Source: Haplodiscus bocki (lineage: Eukaryota). From it: DNA of 64,000 nt. The DNA is taken from NCBI GenBank assembly GCA_965655095.1, contig OZ296652.1, positions 57,784,001 to 57,848,000 on the forward strand, in the 5' to 3' direction. Under the pieces are notes generated by a model. The model ran no database searches. It saw only the letters and a program-made list of their open reading frames with translations, and was not told the DNA's origin. Positions 15,001 to 27,072 of the stretch are shown here, one piece after another (position 1 is the first letter of the stretch; every line of letters begins with the position of its first letter). The position numbers and the translations under genes were made by a program.

Positions 15001-18000
15001 AGTCAAGGGCCAATTTTCCAGAGGGGTTACACCCTCAATTACAACGAAAGAGCCGTTGCTTCCTGTGGAACCTAATACAAGTATCACTTTGCCTCCGTAT
15101 GATGTCAAGCTAGCTTCAACAGAGTTTCACTTTTTCAGTTTTTCTACCAAAAACCCATGAGTAGATACAGCTGTAATTGCCCAAAGCTGGTTTCCCGGGG
15201 GAAAATGCTGCAATCAAACGTTTCATGACCCATGCGGCTGTACCGCGTCGCAGGATAAAATATGGGTGCTCCTTGAGCAGTTCAAGCAATGAATTGAAAA
15301 CCTGCGACTATCTGAATAAAAACGTCCAAAACGGCGATCTTATTCGACTGTTTTCTTATGCATCCACCAACATTTTGGTTTCCTCGTAGGCAAGAAGTTT
15401 GCAGCCTGTTTCTGAGGCATCGGACGAATCTGATAGATGACAAAGTAGATGACAAAGTTCAGGAGATAGTGAAGTCTGTGAACGACAAGCAAGGCTTCCG
15501 AAAAATCGGCTCGTTTCACACGGCGACGGGACGGATGGCCTTCCCCCCCCCCCCCCCGAAAAAACACCTTTACTCGAGAAGCAATTTAGCCGGAAAATTC
15601 ATCTGTAATCCCCTAATTCTTGTCAGAACATTTTTTTTTCAGGAGGCAGGAGACCATGGAAGCCTACAAAAGGAGTCCCGGTCTGTTCAACAGGATTCCG
15701 AGCTGAACTTGGGGAAGCGATTCCTCCTTCTTGCCAATTCCAATTCAAGAGTTCATCTTGTTCTCTTCAATATCAGATTTGCTCAAAACCTAACCTGCCA
15801 TCTGGCTGAAACAAAAAGTTCGATAGGTACAAAAAACAAAGCACAAAAAAGCCGCCCTCCAAAAAAACACAAAAAAAAACAAAAAAGAACAAGAAAATGC
15901 TTAAAACAAAAAAGAACCGTCCACAAATCAGGGTGCTTTTGTTAGGAGAGAAATGATGTCATTGGTGTTGTTGTGTGTATTGGACATCTTTGCAAATGTC
16001 ATCCATTTCTTTCATCACGAAACTTTTACAAAAAATCTCCTGTAATCCTTTAAATGTTCAAATTGTACACATTTGTGAACAATGCTGACTGATGAAAATT
16101 TTAACATGCAATCGGAGACAATGGGTAAGTTTTGTATAAAAATTTGATTGTGTACATAATAAAAGTCTGCTACTTCATAAATTTAGAAGCTATAGAAGGC
16201 GTAATAAAAGCGCTGGCGAAAAAACTAGTTGCTAACATGAAGAAACTGTTTTGAGCTTTCGCAGAAACGATAACGTGCAAAAAGAGTCTGTTTTGATTGC
16301 ATCTACATCTTTCCAGATAAAATGCCCGGTTTTCTTGAAGCCTCACTGTCCCTTCTCAAGCTCAAACTTTCATCCAAGTTCGATCCGATTTCAGTCGATG
16401 ACCTGTTAAACAACAGCGAGACATCGCGTTACATCGGGTACAAGCGACGTTGTTATATGTATCACAACCTTCAGAAAAACTAAAAACTGACTGTCGTGAA
16501 GTCCAATCATGGGTGCGGATCCACACAGAGGAAAGCAGAACTGCAGAAATACCAGTTTCGGGGTTTGTGGAGTCCCAGTTACATTCAATGTCATGGCGCT
16601 GTTTTCCCCAATAAAGGAGAGTCATGACAACTCCTTCGCTACGCGGAAGCCCTGCGACCTGGCAGTCAAGTAGCCATTATCAAACGAAGTCAAGGGCTAA
16701 TTTTCCAGAGGGGTTACACCCTCAATTACAACGAAAGAGCCGTTGCTTCCTGTGGAACCTAATACAAGTATCACCTTGCCTCCGTATAATGTCGAGCTAG
16801 CTTCAACAGAGTTTCACTTTTTCAGTTTTTCTACCAAAAACCCATGAAAAGATACAGCTGTAATTGCCGAAAGCTGGTTTCCGGGGGGAAAATGCTGCAA
16901 TCAAACGTTTCATGACCCATGCGGCTGTAGCGCGTCGCAGGATAAAATATGGGTGCTCCCTGTGGAGTTGTAGCGATGAATTGAAAACCTGCGATGAATT
17001 TTCTGAAAACGTCCCAAACAAAGATCTTATTCAACTGTTTTCTAATGCATCCACCGATATTTTGGTTTCCTCGTAGGCAAAAGGTTTGAAGCCTGAAGAG
17101 GCATCGGACAGATCTGACATACGACAGCTTGAGATGACGAAGTTCAGGAGATGGTGAAATACGTGAACGACAATCAATGCTTCCGAAAAATCGGCTGGTA
17201 TCAGACAGTCGCAGATGAAGAAAGGACAGCCGTTGAGCACCAGCCGTTCCACTTCTGCTCGCTTCAACTCCGAATAACCTCTACTTGAGGAGCAATTCAG
17301 CCCGAAAATCTAACTATAACCCCCTATTTCTAGTCAGGACAGTTTCTTTCAGGATGCAGAACATGGAAGCCTACAAAAGCAGTCTGTTCACCAGGATTCC
17401 GAGCTTAACTTGAGGAAGCGATTCCTCCTTCCTGCCAATTCCACTTCATGAGTCTATCTCGTCTTCTTCAAAATCAGATCCGCTCAAAACCTAACCTGCC
17501 ATCTGGCCGAAATAAAAAACTCGATAGAAGCAAAAAAAACTAAGAACACAAGAACCCCCCCCATTATCACCCGCCACAAAAAACACCAAGAACAAAAAGA
17601 ACCCTCCAAAACGGCGGGTGTTTTTTGTTAAGGAAGAAATTAAGTCATTGGTGTTTTTGTGTTTATTGAACACCTTTGCAAATGTCATCCATTTCTTTCA
17701 TCACAAAACTTTGACAAAAATCATCCTATAGTGCTCTAAATGTACAAAATGTAAATATTTGTAAGCAATGCTGACTGGTGAAAAATTTAACAAGCAATCG
17801 GAGAAAATGGCTAAGTTTTGTATAAAATTGTGAAGGTGTACATAAAAAAGTCAGCTTCGCCATGAGTTTAGAAGCTATAGAAAGCGTAGTGAAAGCGGTC
17901 GCAAAGAAATTAGTTGCTAACATGGAGAAATTGTTTTGAGCCTTCGCAGAAACGATAACGTGAAAATTGAGTCGGATTTGATTGCATCAACATCTTTCCA

Positions 18001-20685
18001 CAAAAAATGCCCGGTTTTCTTGAAGCCTTACTGTCCCTTGCTCAGGCTCAAACTTTTATCCAAGTTCGATCCAATTTCAGTCGATGACCTGTTAAACAAC
18101 AGCGAGACATCGCGTTACATCGGGTCCAAGCGACGTTGTTATATGCATCCCAGCCGTCAAAAAGAAATGAAAAACTAACTTTCGCCAAGTCCAATCGTGA
18201 GTACGGGTTCACAGAGAGATAAGTAAAAATGGAGATATACCACCCTTCCCTTGGTTTTTGGAAGTCCCGGGTACATCCAATGTCGTGGCGCCATTTTTCC
18301 CCAATAAAGGAGAGTCATGACAACTCCTTCGCTACGCGGAAGCCCTGCGACCTGGCAGTCAAGTAGCCATTATCAAGCGAAGTCAAGGGCCAATTTTCCA
18401 GAGGGGTTACACCCTCAATTACAACGAAAGAGCCGTTGCTTCCTGTGGAACCTAATACAAGTATCACTTTGCCTCCGTATGATGTCAAGCTAGCTTCAAC
18501 AGAGTTTCACTTTTTCAGTTTTTCTACCAAAAACCCATGAGTAGATACAGATGTAATTGCCCAAAGCTGGTTTCCCGGGGGAAAATGCTGCAATCAAACG
18601 TTTCATGACCCATGCGGCTGTACCGCGTCGCAGGATAAAATATGGGTGCTCCTTGAGCAGTTCAAGCAATGAATTGAAAACCTGCGACTATCTGAATAAA
18701 AACGTCCAAAACGGCGATCTTATTCGACTGTTTTCTTATGCATCCACCAACATTTTGGTTTCCTCGTAGGCAAGAAGTTTGCAGCCTGTTTCTGAGGCAT
18801 CGGACGAATCTGATAGATGACAAAGTAGATGACAAAGTTCAGGAGATAGTGAAGTCTGTGAACGACAAGCAAGGCTTCCGAAAAATCGGCTCGTTTCACA
18901 CGGCGACGGGACGGATGGCCTTCCCCCCCCCCCCCCGAAAAAACACCTTTACTCGAGAAGCAATTTAGCCGGAAAATTCATCTGTAATCCCCTAATTCTT
19001 GTCAGAACATTTTTTTTTCAGGAGGCAGGAGACCATGGAAGCCTACAAAAGGAGTCCCGGTCTGCTCAACAGGATTCCGAGCTGAACTTGGGGAAGCGAT
19101 TCCTCCTTCTTGCCAATTCCAATTCAAGAGTTCATCTTGTTCTCTTCAATATCAGATTTGCTCAAAACCTAACCTGCCATCTGGCTGAAACAAAAAGTTC
19201 GATAGGTACAAAAAACAAAGCACAAAAAAGCCGCCCTCCAAAAAAACACAAAAAAAAACAAAAAAGAACAAGAAAATGCTTAAAACAAAAAAGAACCGTC
19301 CACAAATCAGGGTGCTTTTGTTAGGAGAGAAATGATGTCATTGGTGTTGTTGTGTGTATTGGACATCTTTGCAAATGTCATCCATTTCTTTCATCACGAA
19401 ACTTTTACAAAAAATCTCCTGTAATCCTTTAAATGTTCAAATTGTACACATTTGTGAACAATGCTGACTGATGAAAATTTTAATATGCAATCGGAGACAA
19501 TGGGTAACTTTTGTATAAAAAATTGATTGTGTACATAATAAAAGTCTGCTACTTCATAAATTTAGAAGCTATAGAAGGCGTAATAAAAGCGCTGGCAAAA
19601 AAACTAGTTGCTAACATGAAGAAACTGTTTTGAGCTTTCGCAGAAACGATAACGTGCAAAAAGAGTCTGTTTTGATTGCATCTACATCTTTCCAGATAAA
19701 ATGCCCGGTTTTCTTGAAGCCTCACTGTCCCTTCTCAAGCTCAAACTTTCATCCAAGTTCGATCCGATTTCAGTCGATGACCCGTTAAACAACAGTGAGA
19801 CATCGCGTTACATCGGGTACAAGCGACGTTGTCATAAGTATCACAGCCTTCAAAAAAACTGAAAAACTGACTTTCGGGAAGTCCAATCGTGAGTACGGGT
19901 CCAGGCAGAGAAAAACAGAAATGGAGAAATACCACCGTTTCTTGGTTTTTGGAGTCCCGGGTACATCCATTGTCGCGGCATTGTTCTTCACCAATAAAGA
20001 AGAGTCATGAAAACTCCTCCGCTACGCGGAAGCTTTTCGACCAGGCAGTGAAGTAGCCATTATCAGAGCGAAATCGAGGGCCGAATTAACAGAGAGGTAT
20101 GCCCTTCAAAACAGCGAAAGCGCCGTTGGTTCCTGTGGACCTATACAATTATCACTTTGCTAACGTGATGTCGAGAGAACATCAACAGAGTTTAACTTTT
20201 TCAGTTTTTCTACCAGAAACCTAGTAGATACACGTGTAATTGCTGAAAACTGCTGCTCCGGGAAAAAAGCGGCATTCAAACGTTTCATGACCAATGCGGC
20301 TGTACCGCGTCGCAGGATAAAAAATGGACGCTCTTTGTGAGTTTAAGCCATGAATCGAAAACCTGCGATGAAATGAATAAAAACGTCCCAAACGGTTATT
20401 CAACTTTTCCAATGCATCCACTGACATTTTGGTTTCCTCCTAGGCAAGATATTTGAAGCCTGACTCTGAGGCATCGGGCAGATCTGACAGATGACACAAT
20501 TAGATGACAAAGTTCGGGAGATGGTGAAATCCCTGAACGACAATCAAGACCTCCTAAATATAGACTGGTTTCAACCTGCCACGGATGAAGAAGGGACAGC
20601 CGCTGAAGACAAGCGGTTCCAAGTCTGCTCCCTTTTCCCTCGATTCACCACTACTCGAGGAGCAAACTAGCCTGAAAATCTCCAA
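1..20685. repeat. ~1.70-kb tandem macrosatellite, 12 complete units plus partial; continues past left window edge
   Basis: The same ORF translations recur at ~1.7-kb spacing (e.g. MPKAGF... at 1591, 3289, 6690, 11783, 13480, 15177, 16864, 18557). The anchor 'gaaaatct/gaaaattc' recurs at ~318, 2030, 3728, 5425, 7129, 8830, 10526, 12223, 13919, 15592, 17303, 18971, 20674. Similarity stops after ~20685. Confidence 0.97.
19745..20685 (+). pseudogene. Decayed ~300-aa Cys-motif protein gene forming ~55% of each macrosatellite unit (representative: last unit)
   Basis: Manual stitching across stops and frameshifts gives protein-like segments: KLTFGKSNREYGSRQRKTEMEKYHRFLVFGVPGTSIVAALFFTNKEES*KLLRYAEAFRPGSEVAII / TEFNFFSFSTRNLVDTRVIAENCCSGK / QTFHDQCGCTASQDKKWTLFVSL / LDDKVREMVKSLNDNQDLLNIDWFQPATDEEGTAAEDKRFQVCSL. 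A collinear counterpart exists at ~58.1-59.05 kb. Confidence 0.6.
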
Positions 20686-21339
20686 CTGAAATGCAGCTGT
20701 CGAAGTCAACCATGCGCAGTCAATGTGCGGTGGCACGTAGTCCGGGAGCTTTCCACCACTGATCTTGATTCACACTCCAAAAGTTAATTGCTCTATCATG
20801 ATCACAAAACTTGTCGCTCTTGTGCCTTTAGTTCATCGCCATGATTTAAACTCTAAAAACACTTCTTTTCGACAAAAAAAATAGTTTTTCGGTCGACCTC
20901 TCATTTTCCTAGCAGTGAGTTATACGGCTGGGCTGAGTGTTGATCACTGGCGAATCCGTTTTGCTATTAAGCACAGCTTAGTTTTTCTATACCATTGAGC
21001 TAAAAAAGGCTTCCTCCAATTGCTATTAGATTTAAGAAGTTCAATAAAATGTAAGTAGTTACCCACAAATGCACATTAGATTTGTTGTAAATGAAAGTAA
21101 CAATCGCATTCTCTCCTGCTTTCCACACTCTTTTATATAGTTAACATCTACAGTTCAACAACTTCAACGCGGAGGTGACTAATCAACAGCAGGTAAGTAT
21201 TTCACCTTGTAACCAACTGAATTTCAAGAAAAAACATCGTCAGCTGAAAGTTCCCGGAGAGGAAAAAATTCAAAAATTACCAACTGCTTACGCTAATCAA
21301 AACCCCCCCCCGCTAGTCAACTGTTCAGCCGTGCACGTC

Positions 21340-22087
21340 TAGGTCGTAGTTTCTTTGATTCCGCGTTGGATTTCAGAGTGACATAGAAGTCTTGGCGGAA
21401 TTTGCCCGCCAAACTTATGTTGAGATTAGAAATTCCGAAAATCGAGTAACAAATCAATGATGAGAATCATTTCGTCATCTGTAATGTCAGAGTACTCAAA
21501 GTCAAACTTCTAGAAAGATTACAATATTTCATTCGGCTGACACTGCAACAAGTGCTCGACTAGGTCTGAGTCCTCTTAAACTGTAGTCCATGTATCGTGT
21601 TTTCTCCTTTGCAGCAGTTGGGCTTTCTTGTTCTGCATTTGGTTGAGCACGTGCAACCCCGCTCAGATCATCAGATTAACCTTTATCCACGGTTCTTTTG
21701 ATCCGATGGAGAAAATTCGGAGTCAATCGCCGTCCCTTTTACCATTTGGTACTTCAACCAATTCAATGCAATGCTCCACTTGCAGTCGATGGCGGAGTTT
21801 GTTCCCTCCATCAGGGAACGCAGCTACCAAATTTGCTTCAATTTCGTCCCAAGTAATCGAAGTATGTTATTCTTGTACTACTCAGCGGCTTGACCTCTGA
21901 GTTAAAGAAAAAAACATACGTTTTTCAGGAAAGTGTAGTTCGCCAATTTTCCTGCGTCTGCAACACCAGGTGCAAAAATGATTTCTCGCACAATTAATTG
22001 TATAAGAGATTTGGCATCTTGGTCGGGATCAGTGCCAAAAAAAGTATCTATGACTAGGTCAGAGAAGGCGAGAAGAGTTGCAGCCAT
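21340..22087 (-). pseudogene. Gypsy-type LTR retrotransposon relic: gag (~21560-22087) joined by a deletion to a pol fragment just upstream of RT (~21340-21520)
   Basis: Minus-strand translation MAATLLAFSDLVIDTFFGTDPDQDAKSLIQLI...RGQAAE*Y...TWDEIEANLVAAFPDG..K.R.RLQVEHC...HRIKRTVDKG resembles a Retrotrans_gag pattern (LrG.A..W...tW..l...F...F). It is followed by FDFEYSDITDDEMILIIDLLLD...SQHKF, which resembles the pre-RT region of Gypsy pol. Multiple stops and frameshifts. Confidence 0.65.
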
Positions 22088-23432
22088 TGTGTCGATCCAG
22101 TTATACTTCAATCCAGACATATATATAGTCCATTAATTCTGCAAAAATATGAAGTTGATAAAAATCTAAAAGAGGCTCAGGGTTCTCGTGATACTCGGAG
22201 AGTGCGTGAGAAAGTGATCCAAGCCGAGGCTGGTGATCGCATTTGTCTAATTGTTTTGAAATTTTGCTGGTTCACCTCAGGATTTACTTCAACTCGACTC
22301 CGGAAACCGTAGTTAGAAATCTGTCATGTGATTACCAGAGACAGATTTTCGCGTTTGGAAGATATGGTAGAGCGGCTATTTACTGGAGCAAGTTGGCACT
22401 CGTCTTCTATATTGTCCCAATTTCGTGTAGAGTTCTTTGTGGCATTTATCTGTTGTTGGTGGATCCCTGTAAAAGTTGTATCAGTTTTATGATAGCTAGG
22501 AAAAAGCTTGGTCCCAGGAGTAGTGAAAAAAAGCGAGCAGAAGGGAATAGCGACTCAGAACAAGGTCCAGTCTCATTGAGCTGAGATTACATAGGAAGGA
22601 ATAGATCACAACCTTTTCCTCCAGCGGAGCACTTTGAACAAAAAAAATTAAATTTTGGAGGATGTATAACACGTTGGGCATCTTCTTGATTGGAGGAAAT
22701 CAATCCCAATCTTTGACCAGGTACGGAAGAATAAACGAAAAGAGTAGCGTCTAGTTTCTCGGGATTCTGCTTTCTTGATAGACGTGTAGACTACCAGGAC
22801 AAAACACATAGGAAAGAACCCAATTGCTGAAGTAGGAGCAAAAGAAAAAGCACAAGGATGAGGAATACCAAGAAAACAGTCATTGAAGCATCAAAAGGCT
22901 GGTTGAAAACAATCTTGTGGAGTCCCATAACTGCCTGGAGGTAAGGAGGTATCAAGAAGAAGATTACAACTGCTATGATGAAAAAATAGAGCGTTATGAT
23001 GAAATCAACCTCCATTTCAAAATCAGGTCTCTCAAAGCACCAATGTGTCAACAAGTGATACTTTGTGGCAATTTGTGAGGTCGAACGTTAACAAAGAACA
23101 AATGATAAACTCAACACACACAATCACTCAGAGTATTCAATATGAAAGGGAAGAAAAGCAAAGCGAATGGGGGAATAAGGCTGAATTCAGCAAAGAAAAC
23201 CGAAAGCACCCATAAAAAGATAGCTCCAAAAAAAGAAGGCACACCTTTCTTCAAACGAATCAAAAAAGTTGCTCACAATTGTGCCTCCCTTCAGGTCACC
23301 CAGGGTTAGAAAGCTGTCACTTGAGCTCGAAAAGTACAGTCGAGAAGTTTAAATCTTGTAAACTTATGAGTATAGCGCAGGTGAACCAAAATCTGACTAA
23401 TTTGGCATTATTCCTTCCCAAAAAAATCAACT

Positions 23433-23446
23433 ACTTCAGGTCACCA
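23433..23446 (-). other. Putative primer-binding site (TGGTGACCTGAAGT) of the Gypsy relic
   Basis: Begins TGG (complement of tRNA 3'-CCA); TGGTGACC matches the tRNA-Trp-type 3' end. It lies ~1.3 kb upstream of gag on the same strand. An imperfect ~55-bp duplicate of this site and its flank occurs at 23289-23341. Confidence 0.35.
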
Positions 23447-26400
23447 AAGGGTAGTAAGCTGTCCCTTGCGCTCGAGAAGTACAGTCAGTCATATGATAAT
23501 TAAAATTGGTCCCACTTCAGCTTCTCTATTTTTGTTCCCGCCCGTCAAAACATGAAGTTTTCAAGACTTTTCAAGATCACAGGGAACATCGTTCACTTAA
23601 GGGCCGTTTTTTCCCCAATGTCTCGAGTTGTAGGCGTGTTATTAATTATGTTTGCTATTGGTCGCTTCCAATATAATTGCTAGGCGGCGTGTGCGGTAAT
23701 ACGTTCCCGTTAATCGTATAAAAAAGTCTACAAATCTTACACTACAATTAGCTGTGTATAATTGCTTAGTTTTATTTTCATGTCATATTTAGATGAAATT
23801 AGCTTAGACTTTGGTAACATGCGTTAGAGCAGTCAACAGAGTCAGTTTTCTTGAATACCATTTATTCAAGCCCCGACAAAATCCGGCCGGGTGACAGAAA
23901 AGGATATAGTTCTACGACTCTGGTAACATGAAAAAAGTAAATAACGAAGTCAGGTCTCATAGATTCCTTTCTTCGTCAAGTGTAATTCACAGACCAAGAT
24001 TCTTCGTGCACTTTACTGTTAAATTGAATAAACTTAAAATTTACGCTTTAGTTTTTTAGCTACGACTCTGGTAACATGCAAATAAACAGTTAACCAGGTC
24101 AGATCTCTTGCGTTCCTTTTTTTGTCCACTCCAGGTCCACTAACGAGAATTCTTGATGCAATTCACTAGTCTTAATCAAGACTCAGTAATAGAGTGACAT
24201 ATCAACTAAGCGAAAGAGCCTAATTTTCCCTCCTTTCCAGACGGTGCTTCCATCTCGGAGTTGTTGGGAGGGTTTGGAATGTGTTGGCGGTTTAGATTTT
24301 ATCAAAGACTCAAAAGCAACACGTGTTACACGGTTACTAGGCAGTGTCTTAAATTCCTTCTTCGTCAGACGCGGTATTTTCCTTCGTGACATCACTGAGA
24401 GCGATACATATTTTAGTTCTAGAATTCTCGAAAATTCGGTAGTTTGTTAACTCATTGGTTTTGCGATAAAAGAATACTAAATGTTGCTTGCGAGATTAAC
24501 TCTACCAGTGATAAAAGATGAGGAACTCACTGATACCGTCGTCGAAGTTGAAGATTTAGGTCAAAGTTTGTGCTCATCGAATGGGTGTTGACCGATTGCG
24601 AAGATCAAATTTATGCTCGCTTATGTTAGGATAAGGAGGAATCAGAAGAGAAATTAAAAATTGAGAAGGAGGTCGAGAAGAGATTCGCCTCGGGAAAGTA
24701 GGTAAGTGAGCCGGAGCAAGCGAATGAAGATTATGGACCTGCACTGTGTAAATACACCGATTTGGTCACGTGTCTTTGCATTTAGGGGAGTGAACCAATG
24801 GAACCATTTGGCGAGCAAGTCGAGTGCGAGGAGGTCGGTTCTGCAGTCGAAGGTTTTGCGACTAACGAAGAACTTGACTGAGAATAATTTCGATAAGGAT
24901 TTTGCGATTGAGTCGAACTTGACTTTGAATGAAATTGATGAGGAGGAATTAGTCTAGGATCATAGTAAAAAGAAAGTGGGAGAAAGGTTCAACTCGGTTA
25001 AGTAGTGGAGTTATTTGGAGCGAGCGAACGAATATTATGGATGTGCACGGGGTATTTAAAACCACCTGATCACGTGACCGAGCACGTTGGATAATCGTCC
25101 AATAGGAGACTACCGCAGAAAACAGGGCTAATTTTAGGAGCACTTAGTAGTTTTGAAGGGGTGAGGAATGGCGGCTTTTCAGAATACAAAGAGAATTTTG
25201 CGGCTACGATAAAAGTTGTCTTAGAAGAATTTTGATGATGATGATCTTGCGGCTACGACAGAACTTTTTCCAGAAGAACTTCAATTATAATAAGAATTTG
25301 AATTTTTACAAATAACAAAATGAAGAGTACAAATAACAAAATGAAGAGACGACAAGAATTCAGAATTTGAGAAAAGAGAGGAGGAAAGAGGAGCGTTAGT
25401 TGCTGAAGGTGAGCGAGTGAAATCATGATTTTCCAAGTCGTTCCAAAAGACTAAAATAGCAACATGCTGTAGTTTCACGTCACCAACAAAAAACAGCGCA
25501 TCTCAGGCACGTGAACCACACTGTCCAATAGCAAGGGAGCAAAAAAGTAACAATCTCCGAAACTCTGTTCTTCCTTCAAAACTTCGTCATCAATTTCTTG
25601 AATTCTAACGGAGTCACCTTCGCAATCTCCACTTTCACCATAATGACGGTAGAGCTAGTAGTCAAATATCTACTCTGCAATTAGTTGCATACTGCCGCCA
25701 TCAAGGCGAAATTTTAGCGATTATTATTTATCCAAGTCCTGTTTCAGCAGAGGCGTTTGTTTATTGTGCCCTCAGTTATCTTCACTACTTCCGATCTTGT
25801 ATTTGGTTGACGAATTTTCTTTCTGTCGTAATCTTAAGCAGCTTGGGTTCCTGCATATTTAACAAATATACGAACTGCACTAATCATTTTCGATAATTAT
25901 CTAAGATCTGATATATCTTAGGTTTTTCCTTTTGGGCTGAATCTCTGGAGGTTTGTGTTAACTTTTCGTTAGATTTACTTAATGTATTATTCTGCACGTC
26001 TGATAAGATTTAAGCGTTAGCTCAAACGCAATAGTAACCTACGTAAACTGTGCATATTGTGGAGGCCTCTGTGACACGACACCATGACAATTTTTCCATT
26101 CATGAATTGGCGCTTTTTCGTATTTTCTTCGCTGATGTTTTCTGCGGCTTTTCTTTGTTCAACAATAAGAATATGTAACGGCCTATTTGTCCTGATTTTA
26201 AGTGAGAAGAAGGCTACAACGTTTGCCCAAAACGCGTGAAGAGCACCTTCTATGGACCCCAAATTTGAAGAATTCTCTTTCTTCCAAAATGCTACTGGTC
26301 TTGGTTAACTACGATAGTGCTAGATGAAATGCTTCAGCCTCAGATGTTTTTAATGAAGGGTAACTTTTTCTTGAGTTCGGTCAAAAGTGCTTGCTGCGAG

Positions 26401-27072
26401 CGAAGCACTGGTATGTCCATATTCTCATTTTAGTTTTTTGGAGTCAATTATAACCAGGTTTTTCAATTGTTTTTTCAAAACTGTTTTCAATGTAAAACAT
26501 ACTTCTTGGAATATAAATCAAAAAAACCGTAATTAAACATTTCCTAAAATAACAGAAGTTTCAAACTTACGGATTTTTTTAATATCATTTTTCGGTGATT
26601 CCAATATCCTTTTCCCTGTTTTGCACTTCTTCCGGCAAAACTTCAGTGTTCGAAAAGAGGAGCAAAATTCCATACAATTTTTTTCGAGTCATTACTTGCG
26701 TTCTCGGCGATGGAAAATACCCCAGTGCCATTGCGTCTGTTGTTTATATCTTCTGCCAACAACCCATAAAAACTTTATTCAGTCGAATTCACAGTGTGCG
26801 AAGTCTCTAAAAACCCTCGATACGTTCGGACTGCCAAAAAGGGGGAAAAACTTATTTGAAAAAATTAATCGGTACATTTCGCATCCAATGCAGGCCAAGT
26901 CACTTTGCATACAAATGTTTTTAAGAAAGTTAAATAAAGGAAAATGTTAGTCAAGTACATGAAACCGCGTATACTGGATCAAACAAAGTACCTCTTTGGG
27001 AGCAAAGGACTCACGGTTTATCATGTTTCTGAACAGCCACTCCATTACAAATATTCATACACAGCAGGCAAA

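Noticed and set aside
628-20427. The many 60-100-aa ORFs in the macrosatellite as functional genes
   Set aside because: They overlap on both strands, change with homopolymer length, and are fragments or shadows of a decayed gene.
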